Assembly (NCBI GenBank): GCA_964576115.1
Contig: CAZNUA010000002.1
Span: forward strand, 21,789-85,788
From: an uncultured Gemmatimonadota bacterium
GTDB taxonomy: Bacteria > Blakebacterota > Blakebacteria > Blakebacterales > Blakebacteraceae
Direction of reading: 5' to 3'
Length of the DNA: 64,000 nucleotides
Under the pieces are notes generated by a model. That model worked only from the letters and a program-made list of their open reading frames with translations. It was not told the DNA's origin and did not search any database. Positions 38,526-48,800 of the stretch are shown here, one piece after another. Every line of letters begins with the position of its first letter. Within the stretch, counting starts at the first letter, position 1. The translations under genes were made by a program, and so were the position numbers.

Positions 38526-41189
38526 TCAGAAACCCGGTCCCAGAATCAGCGCGTTGAGGACGAACTGATGCTGTCCCTCGACGAACATCCGGAAGAGGGG
38601 ATCGTCGGCGAAAAGCACGGCCTGGCCGCGTCCGACGTTCTCGACGATCAGCCACGACCGCTTTGAGAGTTCCTCGGTATACTCCGTCGGGGCGTACCCG
38701 CAAAGCAGTGGTTCGGGACTGAACACGGCGACGTTCACCCCCCGCTCCGCCACCGCGAAACTGGTCCGGCTCCGCTTGAGAACAGCCATCTTCTCGGGCA
38801 TACCGAAGGCGAGCCAGTGGTCGGGATCGAGGACCACGCCGTACATCCCGCCGGGAGTGCGGCGCAACCGGCCCTCCTGCTCGCGTTCGGCCAGGGTGCG
38901 CCGGGCATCCACGGCCAGCTCATCGCCGCCACCACCGCCGCCACCACTCCCACGCTGGCCCGCCGCGGGGGGAGCCCCCCCACCGCTCATGCGCTGACCG
39001 CGGTCCGATCCGCCCCCCGTGCCACCGGTCGAGACGCTGGTGAGCTGCGAGCCTTCCTGACTCGCGAAGCGCGCCGCGGCATCCCAGGCGATCAGAACCC
39101 CTCCGCCCTGCAGCCAGCTCCGCAGAGCTGCAACCCCGCTCTCGCCCAGAGAGCCCGCATACGATCCCCCGGGGAGTACCAGCACGTCGTAGGCGTCCAG
39201 ATCGGTCCGCCCCAGTCGGTCGGCTTCGATATGGGTGACGTCGAACCAGGGGTAGTGCCGGTCGAAGAAGTGCCAGGCCTCCCCGAAACCGCCTCCGCCC
39301 GCCGCCACGGCGATCCGCGGCCGGCGCAGCTGGTTGTAGCTTCCCGCTCCCAGGTCGTCCCCTTCTTCCACCAGGCCGGTCTCGATAGGCCAGGCGGTCA
39401 CTTCCCACTCTTCGGTCACTCCGGCGATGATCTGCACCAGATCGTCGGGATTACGGTAGTTGGGCAGGATGAAGGTGCCCGGGGCGTAGGAGCGCCCGCC
39501 GGAAGTGAAACCCTCCGAAGCGCAGAGCACCCGCAGATCCCGGTTCAACAGCTCCATCACCGCTCCCAGGGCATGCGTGCCTTCATAGGGGATCGCCCAG
39601 CCGTACCCCGCGGTGGTGCCCTCGATAGCGCCGGTGCGCTCGGGGGGTGAGTCGACCCCCACGGCGTCGACTCCCGGTGCCTCGGTCAGGGTGTACGCCT
39701 CGACGTTGTAAGCCAGCGGCAGGGTCCAGCCGGAGAGGTCGTAGAAACTGGTGTCCTCGAGGGTGGGATTGGGCTCGAGCAGCATCTGGACCGCCACCCC
39801 CCTGGGCTGCCCCGCCGCCACCAGATAGGTACCGGCCGGGAAGTCGTGGTTGGCGCCGGCCGGGTGAAGACCGTACCCCGAACCGGTCCGGGCCCGGAAA
39901 GGAGCCCGGGCCATGGTCACCTCGATGCCGTTGCGCAGCAGCAGCTGAACCAGGCGGTCGGCGTTCCAGGGATCGGCTCCCGGGACCAGGGCGTACCCTT
40001 TGACGTCGCCCTCATCCCGTGACAGGGCGTGCCGGAAAAACGCCAGGAAGTCGGTGAGTCGCTCTGAACGCCGTTCGGCGGTCGTGGTCAGGGTCGCCAT
40101 CGAGGTGGTGAAGTGGCCGTGAGCGCGCTGGGTCAGGGAGTGAACCGTGCCGTCGTCGCGACGCAGGACGATGGCCACTCCACCGCCCCCTCCCTGCTCG
40201 TAGGTCATTCCTATGGCGCCCATCATGCTCGGCCACGAATCGCCGTAAGCCGGGTAGTACATATCGAAGCCGATCTTCGTGTAGTAGGGCCAGCCGTAGG
40301 CGTCGAAAGCGGCGGCATTGCCTTCGCCGTAGATGCGCTGCCACTTGAGCACCACCTCGGGCATGGCATCGTGGACCGGTTTGGCAGCGGGAAAGAAGAA
40401 GTAGGAATCCCCGCCCATCTCGTGGAAATCGACATGGACGACCGGATTCCAGAGCAGGTATGTCTCCAGCCGCTGGCGGGTCTCGACCTGGGTCTGCCAG
40501 GCCCAGTCCCGGTTGAGATCGAAGTAATAGTGATTCGAACGTCCTCCCGGCAGATCGCCCGACCGTTCCCAGGCCTCGGGCGCGTCATCGGGCTCGGCGC
40601 CCCGGCGGATCCGGTAGTCGTGCACGAAACGGTCGCGGCCGTCGGGATTCAGCAGCGGGTCGAGGAGCACGACCAGTTCGTCGAGGATGATGCGGGTGGC
40701 CGAATCGGTGCCTGCCGCGAGCTGATAGACGGTCAGCAGGGCCGCCTCGGTCCCGGCCGATTCCGAACCGTGGACGTTATAGGACAGCCAGGCGGTGGCC
40801 GGGCTCGAGGCGATGATCTCATCCAGTCGGGCCCGGGGAGCTCCGCGCGGATCGGCCAGGGTGGCCATGTTCGTCCTGATTTCCTCCAGACGGGCGTGAT
40901 TGGCGGGACTGGTAATGGTGAGCAGCAGCAGGTCCCGCCCCTCGTAGGTCTGGCCGTAGGTTGCCATTGTAACCCGGTCGCTGGCGGCGGCGACCGCCTC
41001 CAGGTAGGCCTGCATTTCGTGGTGGAAGGTGTAGTTGGTGCCGATCTCGTAGCCGAGGAACTCCGCCGGGGTCGGAATGGCGGGATCGTAGGTTCCCCCG
41101 GGGAACCAGGCGAAAGCGGTCTCCTGCTGCGCCGCCAGCGGCGCGGTGCAGAAGAGAACGGCACAGAGCACGATACTCGAGCGCTTCAT
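38526..41189 (-). CDS. M14-family zinc carboxypeptidase, large secreted form with Gly-rich linker and C-terminal extension
   Basis: Signal peptide MKRSSIVLCAVLFCTAPLAAQQ; M14 zinc-binding region (NVHGSE...HEMG); Gly-rich stretch GGTGGGSDRGQRMSGGGAPPAAGQRGSGGGGGGGDE. Confidence 0.75.
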   Translation of the reverse strand: MKRSSIVLCAVLFCTAPLAAQQETAFAWFPGGTYDPAIPTPAEFLGYEIGTNYTFHHEMQAYLEAVAAASDRVTMATYGQTYEGRDLLLLTITSPANHARLEEIRTNMATLADPRGAPRARLDEIIASSPATAWLSYNVHGSESAGTEAALLTVYQLAAGTDSATRIILDELVVLLDPLLNPDGRDRFVHDYRIRRGAEPDDAPEAWERSGDLPGGRSNHYYFDLNRDWAWQTQVETRQRLETYLLWNPVVHVDFHEMGGDSYFFFPAAKPVHDAMPEVVLKWQRIYGEGNAAAFDAYGWPYYTKIGFDMYYPAYGDSWPSMMGAIGMTYEQGGGGGVAIVLRRDDGTVHSLTQRAHGHFTTSMATLTTTAERRSERLTDFLAFFRHALSRDEGDVKGYALVPGADPWNADRLVQLLLRNGIEVTMARAPFRARTGSGYGLHPAGANHDFPAGTYLVAAGQPRGVAVQMLLEPNPTLEDTSFYDLSGWTLPLAYNVEAYTLTEAPGVDAVGVDSPPERTGAIEGTTAGYGWAIPYEGTHALGAVMELLNRDLRVLCASEGFTSGGRSYAPGTFILPNYRNPDDLVQIIAGVTEEWEVTAWPIETGLVEEGDDLGAGSYNQLRRPRIAVAAGGGGFGEAWHFFDRHYPWFDVTHIEADRLGRTDLDAYDVLVLPGGSYAGSLGESGVAALRSWLQGGGVLIAWDAAARFASQEGSQLTSVSTGGTGGGSDRGQRMSGGGAPPAAGQRGSGGGGGGGDELAVDARRTLAEREQEGRLRRTPGGMYGVVLDPDHWLAFGMPEKMAVLKRSRTSFAVAERGVNVAVFSPEPLLCGYAPTEYTEELSKRSWLIVENVGRGQAVLFADDPLFRMFVEGQHQFVLNALILGPGF

Positions 41190-41358
41190 GGGGAACTCCT
41201 CAGTAAAAGATCGCGGTTCGTGGCCGGGGCGGACCACGGCCCTAACCCGGTCTTGCCATTCTGCCACCAAGTTCGTACTTTATCTACAGCAGACAGGGGT
41301 CTGCAATTCAAGCCGCGTCCGCGAACGACCGCCGGCGGACACGGCTTTTTCTATGAGG

Positions 41359-41384
41359 CCGGGTTTTTGTGAGCGAAAAACCGG
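41359..41384. other. hairpin with A/T-run arms (CCGGGTTTTTG-tgagcg-AAAAACCGG) in a divergent intergenic region
   Basis: Inverted repeat read directly in the sequence. Confidence 0.4.
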
Positions 41385-41605
41385 CCCGGGAGGTGAACGC
41401 GCGAGTCCAACCCGCGTTACACATCTGAAACCACCTGACAGTAAATACGGTTAACGACCTGTACGGACATCCAAACGCAGGTGTTCGTTTTGTGTCGGAA
41501 TCCGGGGGTATCGTACCAATGGTGACAACGACAAGAGGCCGGCGGACGTCCGACCGGGCGCTCCGCACGGCCTTTGCTGTACTAAAAGAGGTGATCCGCG
41601 AGATC

Positions 41606-42208
41606 ATGACTGCGACGCATCTTGATCGTCTCTCGCTGAGGGGGACCGCGCTGCTGCTCGTCCTCGGCGTCATGACGGTCGGGTTGGTGATCCAGCACCA
41701 GGAGATCAGACGCCTGCGTGACTTCTCGCTGATTCAGACCGACATGCTGGGACGCCAGCAGGAATGGGCTACCCGGGCGGCTACCCACCTCGATCTCATC
41801 GGCCGGTACGGCATCCCGTATGCCTACCTCGAGGTTCTGGCCCGGCAGTGCACGATCCACGATCTCGACCTGGAGTTCATGGTCGGATTGATGCAGATCG
41901 AGAGCAATTTCAACCCCAACGCCCAGAGCAACCGGAACGCCTACGGACTCATGCAGGTCAGGTTCCCCACCGCCCGCGAACTCGACCCGAGCCTGACGTC
42001 TTTCTGGCAGCTCTACGATCCGGTCCGGAATATCCGCCTGGGAGCGGAGTACTTCCGCGGGCTGCTCGATCGCTATCACGGCAATTACCGCATGGCCGCT
42101 CTGGCGTACAATCGGGGTCCGACCCGGCTCGATGACGAGATCCTCGTCGAGGCCGACATCTCCGACCGTTACTACCGCCTCATCCGTCAGGCCGGTATCG
42201 TCGACTGA
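41606..42208 (+). CDS. lytic transglycosylase (SLT domain) with N-terminal TM anchor
   Basis: SLT catalytic motif (LMQIESNFNPNAQSNRNAYGLMQV); start taken at MTATHLDRL; the track ORF starts at 41492. Confidence 0.75.
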   Translation: MTATHLDRLSLRGTALLLVLGVMTVGLVIQHQEIRRLRDFSLIQTDMLGRQQEWATRAATHLDLIGRYGIPYAYLEVLARQCTIHDLDLEFMVGLMQIESNFNPNAQSNRNAYGLMQVRFPTARELDPSLTSFWQLYDPVRNIRLGAEYFRGLLDRYHGNYRMAALAYNRGPTRLDDEILVEADISDRYYRLIRQAGIVD

Positions 42209-42268
42209 ATTGCCTTCAACGGTAGAATCTCTCTTCGCCCCGACGGAGCACGGCGGGCACTAAAGGCA

Positions 42269-43252
42269 CTAAAGCCAGCCGTGCTCCCGGTACCATGCGG
42301 TCGTGGTCCTGATCCCCTGCGCAATATCGATCGCCGGTTTCCAGTCCAGGTCGCGGATCGCGGCCGAAGGATCGGCTGTCCAGAAGCGGTGCCGGTAATC
42401 GTGCAGGCGGGAACGCGTGAGAACCGGCAAACCCCCTCCGACGCGCAGCAGCAGCTCGTTGATCAGCGCCAGAGGGTAGAGGCAGACGGGGATGACGGGG
42501 AAGAAGCGGACCCGCCGTTTCACTGCCCGCCCCATCAGACGGACAATGTCCCGCATCCAGTACGGTTCGGGATCGGCCGCGAAATACACCCGTCCGGCGG
42601 CGACGGGGAAACGCCCCGCCCGCTCGATCAGATCGACCAGATCGGTGACGTGGATCATGCTGGCACAGATATCCCCCGGAACGGTCGGCGCCAGACCCCG
42701 GCGGGCCGTCCGATAGAGAACGAGCAGGTCGTCATCGTACGGTCCGTACACGATCGCCGGTCTGATGATAGTCACGCGCATCGACCCGGGGGCTTCGTTC
42801 AGACAGACGATTTCACCCTCCCGTTTGCTCTGACCGTACATTCCCACCGGCCGGGGATCATCCGTTTCGGTCCGGGGTGCGCCCTCGCTAGCCGGACCGG
42901 CGGCGGCCAGGCTCGAGACGAGCACGAAACGCTCGAGTCCCTCCGCAGCCGCTGCCCGGACAAGGTTCCGCGTGCCGGTGACGTTGACGCGATCATACTC
43001 CTCCCTGGTCACGGCCCGGGTCACCCCCGCCAGGTGAAAGACAGTCGTCGCTCCCCGCAGGGCGGGGAGCAGGGTGTCGGCCCCGGTCACATCGCCGTAG
43101 ACCAGTTCGACCGCCGCTCCGTTCAGGGCCTGCAGGTCTGAAGTGCGGCGCACCAGAGCCCGGACCCGGTAATCCCGCGCGGCAAGGGCACGACAGAGAT
43201 GGGCGCCGATGAAACCGTTGGCGCCGGTAACGAGAACCGTCTTCACAGTCAC
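42269..43252 (-). CDS. NAD(P)-dependent epimerase/dehydratase-family (extended SDR) oxidoreductase
   Basis: Rossmann motif VLVTGANGFIGAHL at the N-terminus; 327 aa. Confidence 0.8.
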   Translation of the reverse strand: MTVKTVLVTGANGFIGAHLCRALAARDYRVRALVRRTSDLQALNGAAVELVYGDVTGADTLLPALRGATTVFHLAGVTRAVTREEYDRVNVTGTRNLVRAAAAEGLERFVLVSSLAAAGPASEGAPRTETDDPRPVGMYGQSKREGEIVCLNEAPGSMRVTIIRPAIVYGPYDDDLLVLYRTARRGLAPTVPGDICASMIHVTDLVDLIERAGRFPVAAGRVYFAADPEPYWMRDIVRLMGRAVKRRVRFFPVIPVCLYPLALINELLLRVGGGLPVLTRSRLHDYRHRFWTADPSAAIRDLDWKPAIDIAQGIRTTTAWYREHGWL

Positions 43253-43401
43253 AATCCTGCTTCGCTCCAGACCCGCTATTCTCTACAATCCGGGGGTATC
43301 CCTTTCCAACGGGAACTCTGTCAGTGTAGCGTGCCGGACAACGTCGCGACCACACCCAACCCGACCGGGGTTGAAACCGAGTGGGAGTTGAGCAACGGAC
43401 G

Positions 43402-44583
43402 ATGGACCTCTTTACCAAGTGCTATGAAGCAAAAGAATGGAAGCAGGCCCAGCGCTTCGGGTACTACCCGTATTTCACGCCGATAGAGAGCGAGGCCGGC
43501 GCTGTTGTAACCATCGGGGACGAGCGCAAGATCATGCTCGGTTCCAACAACTATATGGGTCTGACGAACCATCCCGACGTGAAAGCTGCGGCCGTCGAAG
43601 CTGTCGAGCGATACGGGTCGGGCTGTACGGGATCGCGGTTCCTCAACGGCACCCTCGACCTGCACATCGCTCTCGAGGCCGAGCTGGCCGACTGGCTCGG
43701 CAAGGAAGCGGCGCTGGTCTTCTCGACCGGATTTTTCGTCAATCAGGGGGTTATCTCCTCCCTGGTCGGTAAGAATGATATTTGCCTTTCCGACCGCCTC
43801 AATCACGCCAGCATCGTGGAAGGCAGCCGGCTGGCGGCGGGAGAGACGATCCGCTACCGGCACAACAATCTGGCTGAACTGGAACACCAGCTGCAGAAAG
43901 CCCGGGACACGGCCGGCCGGTTGATCGTCTCCGACGGCGTCTTCAGCGCCGAGGGCACGGTGGCCGATGTGACCGGACTCTGCACGCTGGCCCGGCGTTA
44001 CGACGCCCGGATCATGATCGACGAAGCTCATGCGATCGGGGTCTACGGTCCCGAAGGCCGGGGGGCGGCGGCCGCTCAGGGCCAGCTCGACCGGGTCGAC
44101 CTGCTCATGGCGACTTTTTCGAAGTCGTTCGGCGGGGTCGGGGGATTCGTGGCCGGGCCGCTCGAGGTCATCATGTGGATCCGCCACACCGCCCGGACGA
44201 TGATCTTCTCGGCCAGTCTGCCGCCTGCTTCGGTCGCCAGCGCCCGGGCCGCCCTGGCGATCATCCGTACCGCCGACGATCGCCGCGAGGCTCTCTGGCG
44301 CAATGTCACGCACTGGCGCGACGGTCTTCAGCGTCTGGGTTTCGACACGCGGCAGTCCACCAGCCAGATCGTGCCGGTCTTCATCGGCGACGATATGACC
44401 TGCGTCAAGTTCTGGAAGGCGCTTTTCGCCTCAGGAGTCTTCACCAACGCTTTCATCCATCCCGCCACCCCTCCGCACGGCGCTCTGATCCGGACGTCGC
44501 TGATGCCGACTCACACGACCGAGATGCTTGATGAAGCTCTCGACATCTTCGCTCGCGTCGGCCGGAAGATGAAAATTATCTGA
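43402..44583 (+). CDS. alpha-oxoamine synthase closely resembling bacterial serine palmitoyltransferase (class II PLP aminotransferase)
   Basis: Strong recalled similarity to Sphingomonas SPT: YNYMGL, GSGCTGSRFLNGT, FSTGFFVNQGVIS, DEAHAIGVYGPEGRG, PLP-Lys in TFSKSFGGVGGFV, FSASLPP; alternative start at 43381. Confidence 0.8.
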   Translation: MDLFTKCYEAKEWKQAQRFGYYPYFTPIESEAGAVVTIGDERKIMLGSNNYMGLTNHPDVKAAAVEAVERYGSGCTGSRFLNGTLDLHIALEAELADWLGKEAALVFSTGFFVNQGVISSLVGKNDICLSDRLNHASIVEGSRLAAGETIRYRHNNLAELEHQLQKARDTAGRLIVSDGVFSAEGTVADVTGLCTLARRYDARIMIDEAHAIGVYGPEGRGAAAAQGQLDRVDLLMATFSKSFGGVGGFVAGPLEVIMWIRHTARTMIFSASLPPASVASARAALAIIRTADDRREALWRNVTHWRDGLQRLGFDTRQSTSQIVPVFIGDDMTCVKFWKALFASGVFTNAFIHPATPPHGALIRTSLMPTHTTEMLDEALDIFARVGRKMKII

Positions 44584-44589
44584 AGCGGC

Positions 44590-45729
44590 TTAGTCCGGGC
44601 TTTCTTCGGTGACGGGGGGAGGCGCTCCCTTCTCGATGGCAGCCGGAGCAGGGCCCTCCTCGATGGCGTGCAGACGGATATCGAGACCGCTCAGCTTGCG
44701 TTCGGCCCGTTCGTAGGCCTTGCCGGCGTTGCTCAGATGGGTTCCCAGAACGGAGTATTCTTCGCTGAAGGCGTCCAGCTCGCCCTGCATCCGGCGCAGG
44801 CGGGCCATGATCTCGCTCCCCCGCCGCTCCAGTTCAAGGCCCCGCAGACCGTAGAGAATCACCTGCAGGTAGGCGTAGAAGGTGTTGGGGCTGACCGGTA
44901 TGACCCGGCGGTTGATGGCGTATTCGAGCAGGCTGTCCGATTCGCTGTCCCCCCCCCCCGCCCCCTCCTCGCGCACGATGGTCTCGTAGTAGACGTTCTC
45001 GGCGGGAATGTACATCATCGCGAAGGTGAAGGTGCCTTCGTCGGGGAGGATATATTTGGCGGCGATGTCGTCGATCTTCTTCTTCACATTGCTCAGGAAT
45101 TTGCGCCGCGCCTTCGAGCGCTCCGCCTCACCGGCTTCGAGGACCCGTTTGAAGTCCTCGATCGGGAACTTGGAGTCGATCGGTACCAGCTGCGAGCCGA
45201 TCCGGATCACGGCGTCGACCGTGACTCCGCTCGCAAAGGTGTACTGCATGTCGTAGAAGGCGCTCGGGAAGGTATCGGCCAGCAGTTTCTCCAGGAAGAT
45301 TTCCCCTACTCCGCCGCGCAGTTTCGGGCTCGTCAGGATACTCTCGAGCCCGGCGATGTTTTTACCCAGGTCGAAGATCTGCCCGGTCGCCTCGGAGAGC
45401 GATCCGAGCTCTTTCTTCAGATCAGCCACCGTCCGGCCCGAGGCCGAGAGCTGTTCGGCAAGCAGGCGCTGCTGCCCCGTGAGCCGTTCGTCGAGGGCGG
45501 CCTGCACTTCCTGCAGCCGCCGGGCAAGGCGCTCGGACTGATCCCGGGCCTGCTCGAGACCGGCCAGCCGGCTCTGCTGCAGCCCCTCGTTGATGTCCTT
45601 TCCGGTCGTCCGGACCGCCTCCCCCAGATCGCGCAGGCGGCTCAGGGAGTGCAGGACGAGAGCGAAAAGGGCGAAGAGGGCTGTCACGAGTACGATGACG
45701 AGCGGCCAGAAGAATTCGGGCAGGTTCAT
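44590..45729 (-). CDS. rmuC: DNA recombination protein RmuC
   Basis: N-terminal TM, coiled coil, RmuC-domain motifs (GxxGEIFLEKLL, PIDSKFP, FAMMYIPAE, VIPVSPNTF). Confidence 0.8.
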   Translation of the reverse strand: MNLPEFFWPLVIVLVTALFALFALVLHSLSRLRDLGEAVRTTGKDINEGLQQSRLAGLEQARDQSERLARRLQEVQAALDERLTGQQRLLAEQLSASGRTVADLKKELGSLSEATGQIFDLGKNIAGLESILTSPKLRGGVGEIFLEKLLADTFPSAFYDMQYTFASGVTVDAVIRIGSQLVPIDSKFPIEDFKRVLEAGEAERSKARRKFLSNVKKKIDDIAAKYILPDEGTFTFAMMYIPAENVYYETIVREEGAGGGDSESDSLLEYAINRRVIPVSPNTFYAYLQVILYGLRGLELERRGSEIMARLRRMQGELDAFSEEYSVLGTHLSNAGKAYERAERKLSGLDIRLHAIEEGPAPAAIEKGAPPPVTEESPD

Positions 45730-45810
45730 GGATTCACAGTACAGCGGGGCGGGTGGAGGAGCAACGCCGCACTCCACCCGCCCCGTTTCCCCGCCCCGGC
45801 CGCCGGAGCG

Positions 45811-48800
45811 TCATTTCAACAGCAGGATTTTCCGCGTCATCCGGCGACGGTCCAGTTCCAGCACCACCAGGTACACCCCGGCGGCGACCCGCCGGCCGTC
45901 ATTGTCGGTGCCGTCCCAGCGGACCTGGTAGTCGCCGCCGGCGGTAGCCCGGTCGATGAGCAGCCGCACGCATCGGCCGCGCACATCCCTGATCTCGAGC
46001 CGGAGTCGATCGGATCCGCCTGCCGGCACCCGGTAGCGCAGACAGGTCTCGGGATTGAAGGGGTTCGGCACGGCCGGCAGCAGAGCCGCCTCCGGCGCTG
46101 TCTGAGGCACCGTCAGCGCAGCCGGGCCGAGCCAGAGAACCGGCCGGCCGGGCCGCACGATACGGACCGCCACAGCCTCGGGTGCCGCCTGCCCCTGCGG
46201 ACCGGGCTCGAGTTCGAGTTCCCAGGCGCACCCCGGCGGGGCAGGAGGCGAAAAACTCTCCCCGATACCGGTCGGCAACCAGAGCCGGTCGTCACCGGGG
46301 GGGCCACCGCCTCCCCGCGGAGCCCCGTAGCCGGCGTAGAGAGCACTCTCGATCCCCTCGCCGCCGGCCAGGACCTGCCAGCGCACCTCGACGAGCAGGG
46401 GTCCGCGCCGGGTGGTTTCGAGACCGCTCACGGCCAGTCCGGGGCCCGCCGCTTCGGCCCGGAGCAGTCGCGTGCGATCGGCGTGGATGTCCAGGGGGGT
46501 GCAGCGCCAGCCTCCGTCGGGAGCCAGTTCGCGCAGATCCACAGCCATTTGACCGCTCCCGCTTCCCGACAGCAGCACAGCCAGGTCGGCGTACCAGGTG
46601 AGGCCCGCTGTCCGGGCCCTGACCGTCGTGCCCCCGGCAGTCAGCAACAGGGGTCGATCGGGATGCGGCGCCGCGCCCCGGCACCAGCGGGGCATGGCGG
46701 GCAGGGCCGGTGCCGCTACCGTCACGGCCCGCGTCCAGCGGCGTTCTCCATCGGCTGTCTGCCGGGTGAGTTCGACCCGCCACCGGCCCGCCTCCAGGCC
46801 GCTGATCCGGTGTGAGTGCCACGACCGGTCGCCGCCGAGAGCCGCACTCCAGCGGGGCTGCCCTCCCGCGGAGATGAGCCGCACCTGCCCGGGACCGGAA
46901 CCCGCCCAGAGCAGCTCGAGGGTACCCGGCCCGGCAGCCCAGACCTCGAGCGCGGGCCGATCGACCGGCTCGCTCGATCCCCCGCCGTCACCTCCCACCC
47001 GGCCGAGAGCGATTCCAGCCGTCCCGGCCGGCTGCCAGGTGAGCAACGAGTCGATGTCGATCGCCACGGCGTCTCCCCAGCCGATGGTGAAGTCCTCTCC
47101 GATCAGCTCGCCTTCCGAGGTGCGGAAGCACCCCCGCCAGGCCTGGCGGTACCCATCCCAGGAGCTGACGCTTAGCACAGCCGGGTCGTCCAGAACCGCG
47201 GCTGCCGTGCGCACCCGGGTGGAATCGCACACCCCGACCAGGGCCAGACCGCCGCCCCTCGCGAGTGACGGAGGGTCATAACGCCGGGGACCGTGCCAGG
47301 TCAGGGTGCAGGGAGCCGTACTCACGACAGCGTACCCGGCGCCGGGTACGAGGGTGAAATCGTCGCCGGCCGTACTTCCGTCGGTCAGGCGCAGAGCCGA
47401 GCACCAGGCCGCCGAGAGCTGATCCCACCGGGCTACTTCCCCCGCCGCCGGCAGAGCCGACAGCAGAGAAAAGGCCCCGGTGCAGGCCGGATCGTCGAGA
47501 GTGGGAGTGATCAGGGTCACCCCGGGGGAGAGAACGCAGGCCCGGTCGGCCCGGTGAGCGATACGGATCGCAGCGGGTGAGGTCACCGTCGCCGGGGGGT
47601 TCAGACCGTCCTCGACACGGGCCGCGAGCCGCCAGAGCGTTCCTTCGGGCAGGTCGAAGAGTTCGACCGCCACCGTACCCCGGTCAGTGCGATCGAGAAC
47701 CTGCGGCACGGTCAGGGCGGGCGCCGTCCGGCTTCCCCCTTCCTCTTGCAGGGTCAGGGTGGCCCAGGCCTGGCCCGGATCGGCGAGACTGTATTCGAGC
47801 AGAAGCACCGAATCGACCGCGGCTCCGACGGGGAAGTCGAGCCAGGTGAAAATCGGCGGCGGATCGGTGGCCAGGGCCGGCAGGATGACCTCCTGCGGCG
47901 AGTCCCCGCTCACCGTGACGAGCCCCGAGGCGACCCCCGCAGCGGCCCCGTCGGCCTCGATTGTCAGGGTATCGCCGGCCGCCCAGGAGCAGGCCGATCC
48001 CCCGATGGTCCGCAGGTTGCCCAGGTTCAGGGCCCAGCAGCCGGTCGAGTCGCTGCGCGTGGCGAGCCAGCCCGAACGGGGTGTGGCGCCCCCCAGTCTC
48101 AGGAATACCTGGGCTCCCCCCACCGCCTCGCCGCTTACCGATCCGACGAGGCATCCGTACACGGTGCGGGGCACAGAGGTGACGACCGTCCCTGTTGTCA
48201 ACGAGGTGAACGTATCAGCCGGAGCGGGAGTACCCGCGCTCACGACCCGCCAGGTCACGGTAGTGCCGGGGTTGAGACCGTAGTGTTCGACCAGGTGGAG
48301 CAGTCCGGCGGGGTTGCCGTCCCAGGTGCGGCGCAGGTGTGATCCGGAGAGGATTTCGAGCCGTCCGTCAGCGGCCGTGCTGCTCCGCCAGGCGACACCG
48401 AATCCGGCGCTGGTCAGATTGACGATCCTGGTCCGGTACAGCATCGGCGCGCTTGTGTCGGGACCCCCGTCCGGAGTCGCGGGCCCGGCCGGACTGAAGG
48501 CCGCCGCGAACCGGGTGGCATGATCGCAGAAATCGCCCGCCCCTTCCGGATCGCGGACCCAGGCGGCATCGGTGTCCCAGCCGGCATAGGTGATATCCTG
48601 CAGGGTGTCGGGACCGGCGGGATCGATCAGAAGCAATCGTCCGGCGGTATTGCTCAACCCCGATCCCAGCCGGCCGTCATCCACGAAGCATCGGCCCGGT
48701 AGAGTGGTCGGCTCCCCACCGCCGAAAAGGGTGACATACTCGCCCGGAGCCAGCCTGGTTCCGGGCGGGAAGGTGAAGGGATCGGCTCCGGCCGGGCCGA

